NCBI RefSeq assembly: GCF_001447785.1
Contig: NW_015160837.1
Span: forward strand, 199,415 to 263,414
DNA: 64,000 bases
Direction of reading: 5' to 3'
DNA from: Gekko japonicus
Taxonomy: Eukaryota
Shown in pieces: positions 50,197-61,308 of the stretch; within the stretch, counting starts at the first letter, position 1, and the number at the start of each line of letters is the position of its first letter. The translations under genes and the position numbers were made by a program. The notes under the pieces were generated by a model. It was not told the DNA's origin and did not search any database. It was given only the letters and a program-made list of their open reading frames with translations.

Positions 50197-50376
50197 GGGG
50201 CTCTTTTTGTAGCAGGAACTCCTTTGCATATTAGGCCACACACCCCTAATGTAGCCAATCCTCCAAGAGCTTACAGAGCTCTTCTTACAGGAGCTACTGT
50301 AAGCTCTTGGAGGATTGGCTACATTAGGGGTGTGTGGCCTAATATGCAAAGGAGTTCCTGCTACAAAAAGAGCCCT
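50197..50376. mobile_element. Palindromic (fold-back) MITE family B, copy 1
   Basis: Arms of ~80 bp GGGCTCTTTTTGTAGCAGGAACTCC..CTTACAG and its reverse complement around a short spacer. Confidence 0.9.
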
Positions 50377-50399
50377 CACCTTTCTTTAAAAAGACTGAT

Positions 50400-50620
50400 G
50401 GTAGTAGATAGTGCCCCCAAGTCACAGCTGACGTGTGGTGACCCACCCTCACGGGCATTCAAGGCAAGAGACATTCAGAGGCGGTTTGCCATTGCCTGCC
50501 TCAGCAGAGTGGCCTTGGGCTTCCTTGGTGGTCTCCCATCCAGATACTGAGCAGGGTTGACCCTGCTTAGCTTCCAAGTTCTGACAGGGTCAGACCTGCC
50601 CGGGCCATCTAGGTCAGAGC
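50400..50620 (-). mobile_element. 5S rRNA-derived SINE
   Basis: Minus strand reads GGAAGCTAAGCAGGGTCAAC..TGGATGGGAGACCACC; body differs from the copy at 28696. Confidence 0.78.
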
Positions 50621-50715
50621 AAGAAAACCACGTGCAGTTTGGATTATTGGCCTTCTAGTCCATTGCCAGCAGGAGGACACATCGGCCAGCGTGAAGAATG
50701 AGAACCATTTTTCCT

Positions 50716-51064
50716 GTAAAGGTAAAGGTTCCCTTGCTCGAAAGCCAGTCGAATCCGACTCTAGGGTTGCGGTGCTCATCTCCGTTTCCAAGCCGAAGAG
50801 CCAGCGCTGTCCGAAGACATTTCCGTGGTCATGTGGCCGGCATGACTAGACGCCAAGGCGCACGGAACGCTGTTACCTTCCCACCGAAGTGGTACCTATT
50901 TATCTACTTGCAATTTCTTGCTTTCGAACTGCTAGGTTGGCAGGAGCTGAACTAGAGACGGGAGCTCACTCCGTCATGCGGCACTCGGGTCTCGAACTGC
51001 TGAACTACCGACCTTCCACAGCCTGCAGTTCAGCGTCTTAACCACTTGAGCCACCGCAGCTCCT
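50716..51064 (-). mobile_element. Sauria SINE, full length
   Basis: Reverse complement of the family from the ACCTTT tail to the AGGAGCTGCGG head. Confidence 0.92.
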
Positions 51065-51178
51065 ATTTTTAACTAATCTTGTAGGAAAGGCATTTGGCTG
51101 GAGCTTTCTTCACCATCTACTCCTGTATCTGCTAGGAAGGGTTCGTCCCAGAAACTGAAAGATTTATTTACCTAAATG

Positions 51179-51510
51179 CAGAGGTCATTTCGGGGGGGAA
51201 CGCAGTTCCCCCGGGTGAGGTACAGGGGGGCGAGGCACATGACGAAGCCCCACCCCCTGCTTCCGGCCGCCCCGCTTCCAGCCCTCATTCAGCCAGGAGG
51301 AGGCAGGAGAAGAGGGAGGGTAAGTTGCTTCCTCCCCGCCTCTCCCCACCCCTGCCTGCCTGGGGCCAGGGAGGGCCTTGGCGGGGCTTCCTCGCACGCC
51401 CGCTGGCCTTGCAGGTCCACCACCGGGCCCCTGATGTCAGGGGGTGTGGCATATGCTAATGAGTTATGCTAATGAGTTCCCCTAGCTCTTTTTCTACGAA
51501 ATGACCCCTG
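51179..51510 (-). mobile_element. hAT-type MITE family C
   Basis: TIRs CAGAGGTCATTTCG / CGAAATGACCCCTG; TSD CCTAAATG at 51171-51178 and 51511-51518. Confidence 0.9.
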
Positions 51511-52162
51511 CCTAAATGTGTGCCTTTTTTAATATTCATCATTTTTAGGAGTTTGAACCGGCCATGAACATACGTTAGAAATAAATATCTGGAGGGCTTT
51601 TTGGTTTCACAGGCTTATCAGAAGAAACTATTTACAACCTTACAGTTTGGACGTTTCTCTTAAGACTTTTCAAAGGGCAGTATGAAGTTTAAATGCTATC
51701 TGCTCAACAGGAAACTTTCCCCCCTTATCACTTGTAAGTCTGTAATTAAGAAAAAATGCTGCACATGTAATCATTGCCTAACAAACATGATAGGTTTTGG
51801 TTAGGACCCCCCAGGACATTGTAGGTTTATGAAACACTTTGTCCTAGCTCACTGGAACATTTAAATCTCATATCCTATCACATCACACTGCATTTGAAAC
51901 TCATCATTTTAAAAAGCAGTTTGTCACCACAGCACCTGTTTGAGAAAGTGAAGGATAAAGACATCTTGGGCTTCCCGAACTAGTTTCACACTAGTCCTGT
52001 TTTTGAATGAAAATTGTATTTATTAGAAATAGCTGTTTAGAAGCACTGATACCAAAACCTGAAAGAATTTCAGAATCTGACAGCTCCCTGAGAAATGTTA
52101 TTGAACCCTGAAAATGCTGAGGTTAACAAGAAGAAATAAAGTAATATTTCTTTGTTCTACAG

Positions 52163-52225
52163 GATTTTTGCAATGACAGGAATTATATTTCAGAAGAGAC
52201 AAGAGTTCTTCTTTTAACAGGAAAG
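52163..52225 (+). CDS. PDS5A: PDS5A exon 29
   Basis: cag|GAT..AAG|gtattg, 63 nt; DFCNDRNYISEETRVLLLTGK. Confidence 0.96.
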
Positions 52226-53390
52226 GTATTGTTGGTGGTATCAAGTATTATGTGCAACACATTATCAGTCAATGTGTCCATCTAAATGAACATAGCCCAG
52301 TGATACAACGTGGAAAATTTTTCCAAAATGAAAAATTCTTCTATAGATAATTTTTCATGCCACGTATGTCTCTGTTTATAGTTGTCGGGTTGTTGTGCCT
52401 CAAATCAGTCATGTTAGATGGGCTAAATGCGGGATATAAAGCATGAGCAAACCCCAGTGCTTGCACATGGTGCATTTGCCTTCTTCCGCTAACATTATTT
52501 AAATGGTTAAATTATTCTAATTTGAATCAGAAAATTTTCCTATTCAGATTTTGCCAGAAAACTCCCATCACTGATGTAGCCCCCTTCGTTTCAGCAAGAG
52601 ACTAGTGTAGCTAAGTAATTTGTTAATTGGGTCCTAGTTTCTCAATTTTGTAATGATGGAGTAAGGTTTTTCATTTTTACTTCAAATATGCCAAATTATC
52701 ACACGTTTGCTTAGTGAGGATTGGGTGCCACTTTTAGAATGGCCCGTGGTTAATCTCAGAGTACAGTTTAAGGAAAGTATTGTAATGATGTGGCATAATA
52801 CACACACGTTTACACTCGTTCTGTTCTTGGAATGAAGGCTTGAAGGTCTTCTAGTACTTTGTGGAGTGATAATGCACTGTACGTGTGTCTCATGTGTATA
52901 TCCACATGGAAACAAAAATTATCCCAGCAGCTTGTGAATGCTCAGGCATTTACAGTAAGTAGTGGTGGCTTTAGCCATTCCCCTCAGGTGGAAGTGTTTC
53001 GTAGCTAAAGCTGAAAGGGCACTGTAACGATTCCTTATTTCTCTGTGTGTGTGTGTGTGTCTTTAAATGTTTGGTAGATAGACTAGAGTGGTTGAGAGAG
53101 GCAAGTGTGGTATGATTGGTGGTTGACAGAGAGGGGGAGGGGCTTTGGAAGTGAATCCGGTTGGCTGAGTATGTGAGTCAGTCAAGAGTTTCAGTTAGAT
53201 GTTATTTACTAAGACTGCAGTCATCTGCTGACTTACACAGGAATGTGTTCCAGTGATCAAAGTGGAATTTATTGCATTTCACCGTAAAATGATTATTTTT
53301 CACTACTGTTAGGAAGAGTTTTAAAATCAAGTGGTTAAACTGCATCGTGAAGCTGTACATGCTTAAACGAACTTACTTTGTCTATTTCAG

Positions 53391-53536
53391 CCCAAACCAA
53401 CTGGCGTGTTAGGTGCAGTAAACAAACCTCTTTCTGCAACGGGAAGAAGACCGTATATTAGAAGTGCAGGATCAGAAACTGGAAGCAATAATAGCGTAAA
53501 CTCAGAGCTGAGCTCTCCTGCAGGAAACCGATCAAG
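53391..53536 (+). CDS. PDS5A: PDS5A exon 30
   Basis: cag|CCC..AG|gtacac, 146 nt; [48 protein letters not shown]. Confidence 0.96.
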
Positions 53537-54241
53537 GTACACTTCCGGCAGCAGCACGGTTTAGATTTCAAAAGCAGGCTTTCCTCTTGGATGGCACTCA
53601 TCTTAATTGTCCGGATAATTGCCATTGTTCCATCCTCTTGCATGCCAGGTTGCTAGGGGCAGAGTAATGCCGTTTGTCCTTCTTCCAAAGAGAATTTGAA
53701 ACTTCAAAGTATGTAGAAGTTCCAGGGATTTGCATAACAAATTAATTGAAGAATATTTGGCTTGCCGTCCAACTAATTCAAGAGGAAATTCAGCTAGAGC
53801 AATATAATTTTTCCACAGTCATATCAGATTATTCGAAAACAGTTTTTACTGACATGTTGATGAATCTCCCAACTAAACTAGACAAGCTGCAATAGGCATA
53901 ATACAAGGGTGGGGATCCACAAATCACTTGCAGGAAGGGGGGATCCTCCACTGCTGTATCCTCCTTTTGCCTCCACCTCCGTCTCCCTCCGCTTTCCTTC
54001 TGCCGCTCGCCTTCTCGCCTGCCTCTCCTTCCCATGCCGACTTCCTCTCTCTGTCTCCCTCTTCTTCACCAACCACCACCACCTCCCTGGTGTTTCTGCT
54101 GCCCTCACATTACTGCAGCATTGTTACTAGGGTTACCAGGCAGTCCCCCAAATGGATGAGATCTCGCAACATAGCATCACGAGATCTCATTTTTATCCAC
54201 TTGAGTTTTTATGTTCCCCTCAGTGCTTTAATTCAGATTGA

Positions 54242-54712
54242 GTGAGAAAATGCATTTTAACATACTGCGTCTGTGCCTGGTTTGCCAGTTGTACGGCTGT
54301 GGATAGGAAAGCACTCCGGAGAGTTATCACAGCCCAGAAGATTATTGGCTGCCCTCTCCCGTTCTTGGAGGAATTGTATAGTTCTCGATGTTTGAAAAAA
54401 GCAAAGAACATTTTGCAGGATTTGTCACACCCTGAACACTCCCTGTTTGAACTGCTGCCTTTGGGTAGAAGATATAGGACAATTAAAACAAGGACAAGCA
54501 GATTAAAAAATAGTTTTTATTTGAGAGCTATTATTGCTTTAAATGCTGTATGAAATTGGAATTTGGGTGACATTGGTGGTTTAAGTTGCAATGTGAACCT
54601 TAAGGGGAGTTATGGGATGGTTGTGAATGGTTGTGTGAGTGTATATGAGTATGGTTCACTGAAATGATTGCATCTTTAATTTCATTGTACTATGTACAAT
54701 GACAATAAAGTT
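54242..54712 (+). mobile_element. Rex1/Babar-type LINE 3' fragment
   Basis: ILTYCVCAWF..DRKALRRVI..DLSHPEHSLFELLPLGRRYRTIKTRTSRLKNSF, typical Rex1/Babar C-terminus; tail AATGACAATAAAG. Confidence 0.85.
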
Positions 54713-54724
54713 GTTTTTATGTAT

Positions 54725-54770
54725 TTATTATTATTATTATTATTATTAATAATAATAATAATAATAATAA
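54725..54770. repeat. (TTA)n/(TAA)n microsatellite forming a 46-bp perfect palindrome
   Basis: 23-nt TTATTA.. arm immediately followed by a 23-nt AATAAT.. arm. Confidence 0.95.
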
Positions 54771-56096
54771 TAACATCAAACGTGGTGTTTCCCTTGGGTT
54801 TGTAGAGGAAATTTTTTACCTATCTATGCATGGCCCCGTTGTATGGATTCTTTGATCTATACTTCAGGGGCATGGTTCAGAACTAGGTAGAAGGATACAT
54901 AAGATGTCTATATGACTTGAACACATGAAGCTGCCTTATACTAACTCAAACCATTGGTCCATCGAGGTCAGTATTGTCTGATAGGCAGTGACTCTCCAAG
55001 GTCGCAAGCCGAAGTCTTTTTAAATATTATTATTACCTGCTTCTTTTAGCTGGAGGTACCGGGGATTGAGCTTGGGATCTTCTGTATGCCGAGCAGATGC
55101 TCTGCCACTGAGCCATAGCCCACTCCATTGCAATATGGATTGTTCTGTGACTTACAGTAACCGCTCCAAAGTGTTTGCTGTTATAGACGCTGTGCAGCTG
55201 AGCACCTAATTTGTTGGAGTATTATTCTCAGTCCCAAGCCTTATTTTGAACTGAAACCTGTGTGGTCTCCCCTATCGCCTCTGCATTTATTCTGACTTCA
55301 GTGTTATGTGGACCTGGCTGCTTAAAGTGCAGGAAAAGCATATTCTCAAATTCATATGTGACTGCTTTAGTGCAGTAATCCCACCAGTGTAATACCTTGT
55401 ATTAAGCAATACCTTAAATTTTTTAATGCTGTAATTATGGCTAATGAGGTAAAGGTGAAGGTTGATTGCCAATTGAGAACTTTTCTCAAGCAAAAAAGTT
55501 CTCTCTACTGATTGTAGAATCTCAGAATAGATTAATAGCATATGCAAGTGTATAGGGATTCTATATTGTAGTGTTGCCATACCTGTGGCCTGGTGAGTTT
55601 GTGAAATGAAAGACTGCCTCTACAGTCTGGCTCAGAGGTAGGTATCTCCAAGCCTGTTGAACTCGGTGAGCTGAAACGCATCTGATTCTCTGCTAGATTG
55701 TGCTGTAAATAAAGTATGATGTAGTGATTAGACTAGGGCAGGCCTGTGGAGTCCTGGGTTCAGATCCTCACTTGCCATGTATGCACTACCTGTGCAATGT
55801 TGGGCCGTTTGTTTTCTCTCAGCCTAATGGTACTTCATGAGATGGTTATGAGGATAAAATGAAAAAGTAGAGAACAACATATGCCTTCCTTAATTTTTGT
55901 TAAATAAAAAATGTAATCAATATATAAAATTGCTATTTTGTAAGCTCGAAGTACAGTCTTTTGGGAGTGGCAGATCTAGGCTTTTCAACCTGTTAGCTTA
56001 TTAAATTAACCAGGTAGACTGAAATAGGAAGAAAATCTTACAAGGCTGCCTAATAAAAGCAGATATTATACCGACTGGTGTTAATTCCTCCAACAG

Positions 56097-56202
56097 AGAG
56101 CAGGGCTCAGACATATCAGAAACTGGCGTCAGTGAAAATGACGAGAATCCGGTCAGAATTATTTCTGTAACGCCTGCAAAAACAGAACCTGTTAAAAACA
56201 AG
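56097..56202 (+). CDS. PDS5A: PDS5A exon 31
   Basis: cag|A..AAG|gtatgg, 106 nt; [35 protein letters not shown]. Confidence 0.95.
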
Positions 56203-56460
56203 GTATGGTTGAGGTACTTAAAAGATGTCTCAGAATTGCTACCTGATGTTTTATGCAACTACTATATTTGCTTCGCCATCCCATGAAAACAGAGTGCAGA
56301 TTAATAACACTGGTTCTGCTGAGGAATAGAAAGAAGGTCGCTGACTGAAACAGGGTTTATCTTAGTTACTGAATATCTGGTGAGGGAGGAAAAGCCCTCA
56401 AATGTTTACTAGACAGGGGTGGGTAACAGAGGTAAGATTTAGTCCTCTGCGTGGCAGCAC

Positions 56461-56666
56461 CACTGTTCCCTCTAAGCTGAGTGAGTGTGAGCTAGCTTAC
56501 AGTTTTTTAGCCTCCGGCTCACACCTTTTTGTCTTAGCTCAGGAAGGATGGCTCCAGAGCAAACTAATTTATGCAGTAGCCAAATTGCTCGCTCACAACT
56601 TTAATGCCAGTAGCTTACAAAGTAGAATTTTTGCTCACAAGACTCCACGGCTTAGAGGGAACATTG
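56461..56666 (-). mobile_element. hAT-type MITE family A, copy 6
   Basis: TIRs present; TSD GGCAGCAC. Confidence 0.92.
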
Positions 56667-57603
56667 GGCAGCACATGTAGTGGTTTGCTTGGAATCTCCC
56701 TACCTGTCTTCAGGTACCGTGTTTTAGTGTCCAGGTCTGAGATGGGCATCTGTGTTGAGACTTAAGTGATGCAAGGACTGACCCTGGCAATGTAGTAATT
56801 ATGTATTTCTGGTTTGTTTCCTATTGTTTTGAGTTGAGTGACTTGCTTTGTTTTAAGCAAAAAAGAAAAGAAGTTGAACACGTATAGTGTAGGAGACAGA
56901 ATATCAGACTGGAGAGACGCTAGGGTCCCTTCCCCCAATTAGCCATGAATCTCATTGGGTGATACTGTTCCGGTTACCTTCTCTGAGTCTGACCAGCCTC
57001 ACAGGGTAGGGGGAGCATCACGTATGTTGACCAGAGTTCCCTGGGAAAAGGGTGAGATAGATATGTAGCGTACCAAAGTAACTAGGAGCGCATTGAATTG
57101 GGCATGAGAGTGAATTTGGGGGAATTCTTAGGTAACTAAAAACACCCCTTCGTATTATCCGTTGGCACATTTCCCCGCCACATAGGAACTGAAGCGAGCT
57201 GCCTGTCAGTCTAGTTGAAAAGAAAGACTTCAGATGCAACAGGTCACGCTCCCATTTAAAGCGTGCTTGCTGATGAGAGAACGTTGGAGTTTTGCACGTT
57301 TCTTCCTGCCTGTATTCACTGCGGCTAAGGTTCATATTGGCACTGACCTTAGCCAGAGTTAATGCTAGCCAAACTCTTGAAAAACACTCAAAGTGAATCC
57401 TTTTTTTGTCACCCCATATCCCAATCGGGTCGATGGCATTAAAATGAAATCTACTGGGAAAGGCATAGCTGTGGGGATGAGAACACCTACTTGCAGCAGT
57501 AGATCTCTCTGCTGCGGTGCTTGCAAGCTGGTTATTATAGTTGCTCTCGGGAAAAGGCTTCAGAAACATCTCAAAGCTTTTGAAGTGGGTATAATTGCCC
57601 TAT

Positions 57604-57783
57604 GGGCTCTTTTTGTAGCAGGAACTCCTTTGCATATTAGGCGATACACCCCTAATGTAGCCAATCCTCCGAGAGCTTACAGAGCTCTTCTTACAGGGGC
57701 TACTGTAAGCTCTTGGAGGATTGGCTACTTTAGGGGTGTGTCGCCTAATATGCAAAGGAGTTCCTGTTACAAAAAGAGCCCTG
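57604..57783. mobile_element. Palindromic MITE family B, copy 2
   Basis: Same fold-back sequence as 50197-50376. Confidence 0.9.
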
Positions 57784-57841
57784 CGATGACCTTCTAGGAT
57801 TCAGTTGGCCAGAGACTTAATAATTCGTTTTCTTTTTCTAG

Positions 57842-58197
57842 GAGATGAATTCTGATCAAGCAACACAAGGGAATGTGAGCACAGAGCGAGGGAAGAAAAG
57901 AACCACAGCAGCAGCTGGGGCAGAGAATATTCATCAAAAGACGGAAGAAAAGAAAACGGACGAGATGGGACAGTCAGTCCCTCCCAAACCCCGGAGAGGG
58001 CGTCCCCCCAAGTCTGAATCTCAGGGCACCACGGCAAAAAATGCTGAAGCTAGTAAACCATCTGGCAGGGGACGGAAAAGGGCAGCGCCAAGTCAAGAAG
58101 GTCCAGGGGGGTTAGAGGCAAGTAACGCCAAAGCACCAAAACAGCAGGACACAGCGAAAAAAGCAGTACCAGCACAAAGACAGATTGATCTGCAAAG
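57842..58197 (+). CDS. PDS5A: PDS5A exon 32
   Basis: tag|GAG..AG|gtaagg, 356 nt; [45 protein letters not shown]. Confidence 0.97.
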
Positions 58198-58705
58198 GTA
58201 AGGAAACAACACACAGCTCTTGAGGACTGTTCCTAAATGTCGAAATAGATTTGTCATAAATGCAGAGTGAAACGCTGGTAAACCAGAGCCATTTACCATT
58301 AATCTTTAGTGTTAACTAAGACGTGGGCAGTATGGGTTGCACTTGGCGGTACCCCCTATAGCAATCTTGGGTTTTGTTGGGTGATAATTTGGAAAGGGTA
58401 CCGATGGTTTTATCGACAGCTCCAGAATTAGCCTAGGTGTTTAAACCATGGTTTTGAAAGAACTTCATGGCCTGACCCTACTACTGGCTCTTGTCCCCTT
58501 GCTTCTGTTGACCTTCACGCTCTCCTGCTCCTCCCCACCCCACTTTACATTTGTAGTCTTTGTAATACGATTCCAACTTCTTATCCAGCTAATATATTTA
58601 TAATCCTAGCAAATAAGAAACAGCAACTTTATTGAAGGTACCGGGATGGAGACCTTTTTTTCTGTTTGCAGCCCCCCCCCCCCCAAGCTACATTCATGTT
58701 GTATC

Positions 58706-58911
58706 CAGTGTTCCCTCTAAGCTGAGTTAGCGTGAGCTAGCTCACAGTTTTTTAGCCTCTGGCTCACACATTTTCGTCTTAGCTCAGAAAGGATGGCTCC
58801 GGAGCAAACTAATTTATGCAATAGCCAAATCGCTCGCTCACAACTTTAATGCCAGTAACTCACAAAATAGAATTTTGGCTCACAAGACTCCACAGCTTAG
58901 AGGGAACATTG
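58706..58911 (-). mobile_element. hAT-type MITE family A, copy 7
   Basis: TIRs present; TSD GTTGTATC. Confidence 0.92.
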
Positions 58912-60839
58912 GTTGTATCTGTAGGTCCCTGTCCCTCAGGAGTGACTTTGTGAAGGCTCTGGGGGCTGCAGTGGGGGAAAGGGAACATGGCAACAATCCC
59001 TCTCACAAACTCCTCCCGCTTGAAAATTCTTTGGGTCTGTTTCTAGCACAGATACTGGATTATTATTTTTTTATGGGAAAGATGCAACCTTTAACTTGAT
59101 GAGGATGAATATTGAAGTGTACGGAGTATAAAGGGCAGTTTGCCGAAAACTCTCTCCTGTGGTGTCCCGAACAACCATTTCCAAATTCTCGTTCTGTTCT
59201 TGTTCGCAGAGGATTACTGTGGGAAGGGGGGGGGGGTAGAGAAAGAGGCACGAGCGCTTTCTGTTGGCATGACGATGGGAATCCAACTTACTCTGCTGAG
59301 TTGAACAAGCAGGAAGAGGCCTTCCAAGTAAACACGGGGCTTCTTTCCTGGCCAGTGAAGGTGATAGGCTGTTCCTTTTGCGATTTGCTCCTGATGGAAT
59401 CAAAACGGGAGAGAGAACAGCCGTGTGAACCGTTCCTTCCCCTTCAGGTTAGGCTGCTGGAGGCTCCTTCTTATCTCAAGGGTTCTTCTTATCCCTCAGG
59501 TTCTCCCCGGTCCTTCTGTCACAGAGGTTTCCGTTTCTTTCTCCCATTCTACTTGAGACATTAGTCCAGAGCTCTGTGACCCCAGCTTCCTTGACATAGT
59601 TAGGAGCTTTGGCAGATTCATCCCCAATATTCACCTCAGCAGTTACCTGCCATTTGCCTCCGCCTAGGCCCTGTGCACAGGAAACGGCTGATCTGCTGCA
59701 TAAAAGGAGGGCTGCCAAGGACCCCGTTTCTGTTCACACGCGGGATTCCCGTGTGAGCCGGTGTCCCTTGTGCCTTGGTTTCCATATTAGCAAAGAAGAC
59801 ACAAGCAAAACCAGTGGTTCACAGATCCCCTCGCCAGGGGCGACTGCCTCTCCTCCCGTCTTGCACAATGGCTGCCTCCCTCTGGGTTCTTTGCAATGTG
59901 AAATGGATTGTGGGGGGAGGGATTTTTGGGGGGGGGCTGAAAAACCAGTTCTGCCCCCCTCCAGTGCAAAGAATCCAGGGTGTCTTGATACGGGCGTGGG
60001 AGGAGGAGGAGAGCTCTCCTTCTTTCCTGGCAGCAGTTCCTCTGTGCTCAGAGGAGTTCATGGCGTGATGGGATTTGTGTGGACTTCTCTTCCACAAGTA
60101 GGGCCCAGCATGTAGGCCTGTGCCAAAGTTGCCAGTCCTCTAGCCCCTTGTCAGTTCAAAGTGTGCCCTCTATTAGAAATCGGTTGCTGATCGTGGAGTT
60201 AGAAGGAAGGATATTGATCTGATTCTGGCTCCTGATCCATCTTGCGCTAGTAAGCAGCAGAATGGGAGAAGCTTACCCAGAAGTCACCCTGCTGCGAAAC
60301 CACGGACCCTGTCAAGTATCCACAAATTCAGTGCTGTGCAGTTTCCAGAGGACTCAGTGGAACGGCCAGGTTACTGTTAACCACAAATAACAACTAGTTA
60401 CCGAGACCAGCCAAAAAAGTGTGGGGCTGGCCTCCCTGTGCTTTGCACAAGCTGCTTTTGAAGTGGGTAATGGTGTTCAAATGAAGTTTGAAATCCAGCT
60501 GGGCTTGTGCAAGCCCTTGGTCAAAGCCGCACAATTTGTGGCACCTCCAGCCAGGTATTATGGCCTGTTAGGGGCTTGACAAACATTGCAGGTGGGGGGG
60601 TCTTTCTCTTTTCTGCTGTCAGGCATAAAGAGGAGTTTATTAAGCTTCTGGACAAAGGATACCATGAATGGCTGTTGGGTTGTATTTAACTTCTGGGCCA
60701 CAAGTTGGGCTGCTTTGCCCTTTGGCGTGTGTCAAGTAGCTTTACAGATTCCAGCCCAAGATTGAGGAGCTATGTCTTAAGTCTGGTTTCTAGCAATATC
60801 TGGTATTTTAACTCTTCCTACACGGAAGCTTTTAAACAG

Positions 60840-60902
60840 NNNNNNNNNNNNNNNNNNNNNNNNNNNNNNNNNNNNNNNNNNNNNNNNNNNNNNNNNNNNN
60901 NN
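60840..60902. other. Assembly gap (63 N)
   Basis: Run of n characters. Confidence 1.
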
Positions 60903-61157
60903 GTAGATTTTTTTTTTTTAAACCCTGTAAAATACTTTTGTTCAGCTCCGTAGTATACATTTGATATCCGTAGACCATTTGTCCTCCCTTTCGAAGAAGG
61001 TTTAAGAAAAAAAACATTAAAGACAGCTCAAGTCGACTCTGGCTTTGAACGGTGGAGGAATCAACTTGTCTCCACTGCAAGGACAGTAGCACAGTTCCTA
61101 GCTTGATGTAGTTAGAATTTGACTCCCAGATGATATTCCCGTTTTAACGTTTTTCAG

Positions 61158-61308
61158 AAGCCAGGTGCTGGGAAGTGACGGAGACTCAGTGTTGGAGATA
61201 GAATCAAGTCCCGGATATTCTCCCAGTGAAATGGATCTTTTTAAGCTTTGTGAGAGCAGCCAGGAAGACACTGAGGATACAGATCTAACAGAGGGAGGCT
61301 TCCTGAAG
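61158..61308 (+). CDS. PDS5A: Candidate alternative penultimate PDS5A exon (32b), acidic Ser-rich tail
   Basis: tttttcag|A..AAG|gtgcag, 151 nt, phase 2 in and phase 0 out, no stop; SQVLGSDGDSVLEIESSPGYSPSEMDLFKLCESSQEDTEDTDLTEGGFLK; resembles the PDS5B penultimate exon; donor is weak. Confidence 0.7.

Noticed and set aside
57018-57797. Overlapping 183-aa and 134-aa ORFs
   Set aside because: Intronic, partly MITE- or SINE-derived, with no splice or homology support.
61120-61133. Upstream AG at 61128-61129 as the acceptor of the candidate exon
   Set aside because: Short pyrimidine tract; it would give AGA TGA, the same short protein. The AG at 61156-61157 has a T-rich tract and opens the PDS5B-like frame. 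Not excluded as a minor site.
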